The notes under the pieces are model-generated. The model was not told the DNA's origin. It searched no databases and saw only the letters and a list, made by a program, of their open reading frames with translations. This document shows, one piece after another, positions 60,392 through 64,000 of a stretch of DNA of 64,000 nt. The DNA lies in NCBI GenBank assembly GCA_052327205.1, contig CM126233.1, forward strand, positions 3,472,001 to 3,536,000, in the 5' to 3' direction. The position numbers and the translations under genes were made by a program. This stretch comes from Somniosus microcephalus. Lineage: Eukaryota. The stretch's first letter is position 1. Every line of letters starts with the position of its first letter.

Positions 60392-63333
60392 TATGGCAGG
60401 GGGCTAGAAACCTATGTAGTGAAATAGAGGAAAGTGAAAGGCAGACAGAAATAAATGGTAAAAGGGTGAGGAACAAAAAACAAAGGGCCAAACTAATTCA
60501 TAAAAAATGTGAGCATAAAAAAAGCCTGAGGGTTTTATACCTTAATGCGAGAAGCATCAGGAACAAGGTAGATGAATTAGCTGTGGAAATAGAGGTTAAT
60601 AATTATGATCTAATTGGGATTACGGAAACATGGTTGCAGGGTGAGCAGGGCTGGGAGCTTAACATACAGGGGTATTCAGTATTTAGGAAGGATCGACAAA
60701 AAAGAAAGGGAGGAGGGGTAGCATTGCTAGTAAAAGAGGGGATAAATGCAATTGAAAGGAAGGATATTAACTCAGTTAATACAGAATCTATATGGGTGGA
60801 GCTAAGAAATAGCGAGGGGCGAAAAACATTAATAGGAGTGGTATATAGGCCTCCAAATAGTAAAATAGAGGTTAGGGAGGGCATCACGAGGGAAATTAGA
60901 GAAGCGTGCAATAAGAGCACAGCTGTCATCATAGGTGACTTTAACTTACATATAGATTGGACTAGCCTAATCAGTAAAAATAATGAGGAGGAGGAATTCC
61001 TTGAGTGTTTAAGGGATGGTTATCTGGATCAATATGTCGAGGAACCAACTCGGGAACAGGCTATATTGGACTGGGTACTGTGCAATGAGAAGGGACTAAT
61101 CAGTAATCTTGTTGTACGGGGACCCTTGGGTCAGAGCGATCATAACATGATCGATTTCTCACTCGAAATGGAGAGCGAAGAAATTGACTCAGAGACTAAG
61201 GTCCTGAATTTAAACAAGGGGAATTATGATGCCATGAGACGGGAACTGAGTAGGTCTGATTGGACAACGTTCCTGAGAGGACTGGAGGTAGATAAACAAT
61301 GGCAAACATTTAAAGATAGAATGACAAAATTGCAAAAATTGTTTATACCAATCTGGCATAAAAGGAAATCTAAAAAGGTGACTCAACCGTGGATAACAGG
61401 GGAAATTAGAGACAGCATAAAATCCAAAGATAGGGCGTATAAAATAGCCAAAAAAAGCGCCAGAGCGGAAGATTGGGAACAGTTTAAGATAGAGCAAAGG
61501 AGGGCAAAGGGCATGATCAAGAGGGGCAAAATAGCTTACGAAAACAAGCTGGCGGAAAATATAAAAACTAACTCCAAAAGCTTTTATAAATATATCAAAA
61601 GGAAAAGACTGGTGAAAACCAAAGTTGGTCCATTGCAGTCAGATACGGGGGAATATATAATGGGAAATAAGGAAATGGCAGATCAACTAAATGCATACTT
61701 TGGGTCAGTCTTTACGAAGGAAGACACAAAAAACCTCCCTGGGATATCGGGAAAAATAGGGACATTGGCAAAGGAGGAACTGACGCAAATCAATATCTCT
61801 AAGGATATGGTGTTAAGGAAGCTAAAGGGATTGAAGGTGGACAAATCCCCAGGGCCTGATAACATGCATCCTAGGGTACTGAAGGAGGTGGCCCTAGAGA
61901 TAGCGGATGCACTAAGGATGATTTTTCAGAATTCATTAGACTCGGGAACAGTGCCGATGGATTGGAGGGTAGCTAACGTTACCCCACTATTCAAAAAGGG
62001 GGGTAGGGAAAAAGCAGGTAATTACAGACCTGTAAGCCTTACATCAGTTGTGGGCAAAATGCTGGAGTCCATCATTAAGGATGAAATAGCGGAGCACTTA
62101 GCAAATGGGGACAGGATAGGACAGAGTCAACATGGATTTACAAAGGGTAAATCGTGCTTGACTAATCTATTGGAATTTTTTGAGGGAGTAACTGGTAGAA
62201 TAGATGGGGGAGAGCCAGTAGATGTGGTGTACCTGGACTTCCAAAAGGCCTTCGATAAGGTCCCACATAAAAGATTAGCATGGAAAATTGAGGCTCATGG
62301 GATAAAGGGGAAAGTTTTGGCGTGGATAGGGAACTGGCTGTCAGATAGAAAACAGAGAGTTGGAATAAACGGCTCATTTTCTGAATGGCAGGCAGTAACA
62401 AGTGGGGTACCACAGGGATCTGTCCTGGGCCCCCAGCTGTTCACAATTTACATTAATGACCTGGATCAGGGAGTCGGATGCAGCATTTCCAAATTTGCAG
62501 ACGACACTAAACTAGGAGGTGGGGTGGGCTCAGAGGAAGAGACCAGGAAGCTCCAGAGCGATTTGGACAGACTGGGCGATTGGGCGGATAAATGGCAGAT
62601 GCACTATAATGTGGACAAGTGCGAAGTTATCCACCTTGGGTGCAGGAACGGGAGGGCAAATTATTATTTAAATGGCAATAGATTGGGAGAGGGGGAAGTA
62701 CAGAGAGACCTGGGTGTTCTTGTACACCAGTCACTGAAGGCGAGCATGCAGGTGCAACAGGCGGTCAAGAAGGCAAACGGTATGCTGGCCTTCATAGCAA
62801 AAGGGTTAGAATACAGGAACAGGGATACCTTGCTGCAGCTGTACAGGGCACTGGTGAGACCACACCTCGAGTACTGTGTACAGTTTTGGTCGCCTCATCT
62901 GAGGAAGGATGTTCTTGCCATGGAGGGGGTGCAGCGGCGATTCACCAGGCTGATACCAGGAATGGCGGGAATGACCTATGAGGAGAGACTATGTAGTTTA
63001 GGGATGTACACACTGGAGTTTAGAAGATTGAGAGGGGACCTCATAGAAGTGTATAAAATTCTGACAGGTCTAGACAGACTGGATGCAGAAGGAATGTTTC
63101 CCTTGGCGGGTGAGAACAGAACTAGAGGACATAATTTAAGGATAAGGGCTAAACCATTTAGGACAGAGATGAGGGGGAATTTCTTCACTCAGAGAGTGGT
63201 GAACCTGTGGAACTCATTGCCACAGAGGGCAGTGTACGCCAGCTCATTAAATATATTTAAGAGGGAATTAGATATATTTCTACGGGCAAAAGGGGTTAAG
63301 GGTTACGGAGAGAAGGCGGGGACGGGATACTGA
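60367..63333 (+). CDS. CR1 ORF2p: APE endonuclease and reverse transcriptase (frame open from 60367, no ATG before the endonuclease)
   Basis: YLNARS, ITETW, GGGV, GDFN, SDH; KSPGPD, NYRPVSLTS, YLDFQKAFD, PQGSVLGP, FADD. Confidence 0.95.
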   Translation, partial: SSSGAFKLVWQGARNLCSEIEESERQTEINGKRVRNKKQRAKLIHKKCEHKKSLRVLYLNARSIRNKVDELAVEIEVNNYDLIGITETWLQGEQGWELNIQGYSVFRKDRQKRKGGGVALLVKEGINAIERKDINSVNTESIWVELRNSEGRKTLIGVVYRPPNSKIEVREGITREIREACNKSTAVIIGDFNLHIDWTSLISKNNEEEEFLECLRDGYLDQYVEEPTREQAILDWVLCNEKGLISNLVVRGPLGQSDHNMIDFSLEMESEEIDSETKVLNLNKGNYDAMRRELSRSDWTTFLRGLEVDKQWQTFKDRMTKLQKLFIPIWHKRKSKKVTQPWITGEIRDSIKSKDRAYKIAKKSARAEDWEQFKIEQRRAKGMIKRGKIAYENKLAENIKTNSKSFYKYIKRKRLVKTKVGPLQSDTGEYIMGNKEMADQLNAYFGSVFTKEDTKNLPGISGKIGTLAKEELTQINISKDMVLRKLKGLKVDKSPGPDNMHPRVLKEVALEIADALRMIFQNSLDSGTVPMDWRVANVTPLFKKGGREKAGNYRPVSLTSVVGKMLESIIKDEIAEHLANGDRIGQSQHGFTKGKSCLTNLLEFFEGVTGRIDGGEPVDVVYLDFQKAFDKVPHKRLAWKIEAHGIKGKVLAWIGNWLSDRKQRVGINGSFSEWQAVTSGVPQGSVLGPQLFTIYINDLDQGVGCSISKFADDTKLGGGVGSEEETRKLQSDLDRLGDWADKWQMHYNVDKCEVIHLGCRNGRANYYLNGNRLGEGEVQRDLGVLVHQSLKASMQVQQAVKKANGMLAFIAKGLEYRNRDTLLQLYRALVRPHLEYCVQFWSPHLRKDVLAMEGVQRRFTRLIPGMAGMTYEERLCSLGMYTLEFRRLRGDLIEVYKILTGLDRLDAEGMFPLAGENRTRGHNLRIRAKPFRTEMRGNFFTQRVVNLWNSLPQRAVYASSLNIFKRELDIFLRAKGVKGYGEKAGTGY

Positions 63334-63562
63334 ATTAAAGGATCAGCCATGATCTCATTAAATGGCGGAGCAGGCACGAAGGGCCGAATGGCCTACTCCT
63401 GCTCCTATCTTCTATGTATCTATGTATCTATGTACTCAGCAAGCTGCAAACAAAATCCATTAAACTAAGTCTCTACGAACTACCGAAAATAGTAAACAGA
63501 TCTCATGATCGAAACTACAGCAATGCAACCCAATAAAAGTGGCTGGATGTTAGTTACATAAT

Positions 63563-63773
63563 GACCCAGAATTAGTGGTCAGTGGCGAAACCAAGGTGTT
63601 TGCCGTTGGCCCTGAACAAAGCTCGCAATCTCTGTGGCGAAAAGTTTACCTTTCTTGACGTGTAAGAGATTTCAGTTCAGTGTTGTGGGAATCCCCGATT
63701 ACGATCTGCTGTGACGTCAACAAGCTGTCTAAGCAGCCGATCACATCTCAGAATTCTCACAGACAGGGAACGA
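63563..63773 (+). mobile_element. Harbinger-like MITE left part, interrupted by an LTR
   Basis: Similar to 9825-10047. Confidence 0.6.
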
Positions 63774-64000
63774 TGTAAGATCCACAAAATTGAACATTGT
63801 ATTATAAGGGTCCTATGGCAGAAGAGGCCCTGTTTTAAAGACTGTTTGAAAAGAAGCCCAGGAAAAAGGGGCATATAAAATGGCCACCAGACCCCGTGAC
63901 TAGCTTTTTGGACACTTTAAAATGGTTCCTGCAGTCCCCAGACAGCCTTTGTGGATTCAACCCACAGTAAGTTCTGGAAGCCGTTTCTGAGAAAATGAAA
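63774..64000 (+). mobile_element. Start (U3) of another LTR of the 52374-53896 family; runs off the right edge
   Basis: TGTAAGAT.. is collinear with the reverse complement of 53670-53896. Confidence 0.85.

Larger units (their letters stand above)
58796..63432 (+). mobile_element. Full-length, apparently intact CR1 LINE
   Basis: 5' UTR with a duplicated 5' unit, open ORF1 and ORF2, 3' UTR hairpin region and (TATCTATG)n tail. Confidence 0.93.

Noticed and set aside
60393-60407. ATG immediately after the ORF1 stop as ORF2 start by reinitiation
   Set aside because: Out of frame with ORF2 and terminates after four codons

Overview
Eukaryotic, repeat-dense vertebrate DNA, most likely cartilaginous fish (inferred from a DeuSINE/SacSINE1-like SINE, CR1 LINEs with an esterase ORF1, a Neptune-type Penelope element and Harbinger MITEs). 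Most of the window is transposable elements. These include the 5' half of a lokiretrovirus-like ERV (1-5870, minus strand; 1.48-kb LTR, tRNA-Arg PBS, dual RNase H), a solo LTR and a further LTR start from that family, and a non-autonomous LTR element with gag/env remnants (11830-17536). Also present are two decayed Gypsy proviruses, an apparently intact full-length CR1 (about 58796-63432), many CR1/L2/RTE fragments, a Penelope fragment with a hammerhead ribozyme, a Harbinger transposase remnant and many Harbinger MITEs. Between the repeats, and invisible to the ORF track, are eleven 27- or 36-nt phase-1 micro-exons on the minus strand that splice into a stop-free, partly coiled-coil peptide, suggesting the whole window lies inside a host gene. 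Other notable observations are a UUUAAAC -1 slippery site joining CR1 ORF1 to an ATG-less ORF2, a likely UGA-CUG readthrough at the ERV gag-pol junction, and a duplicated 2.1-kb composite Harbinger unit carrying a large foldback with reciprocal deletions. All calls were made by eye, with no database search. Boundaries of old repeats are approximate.
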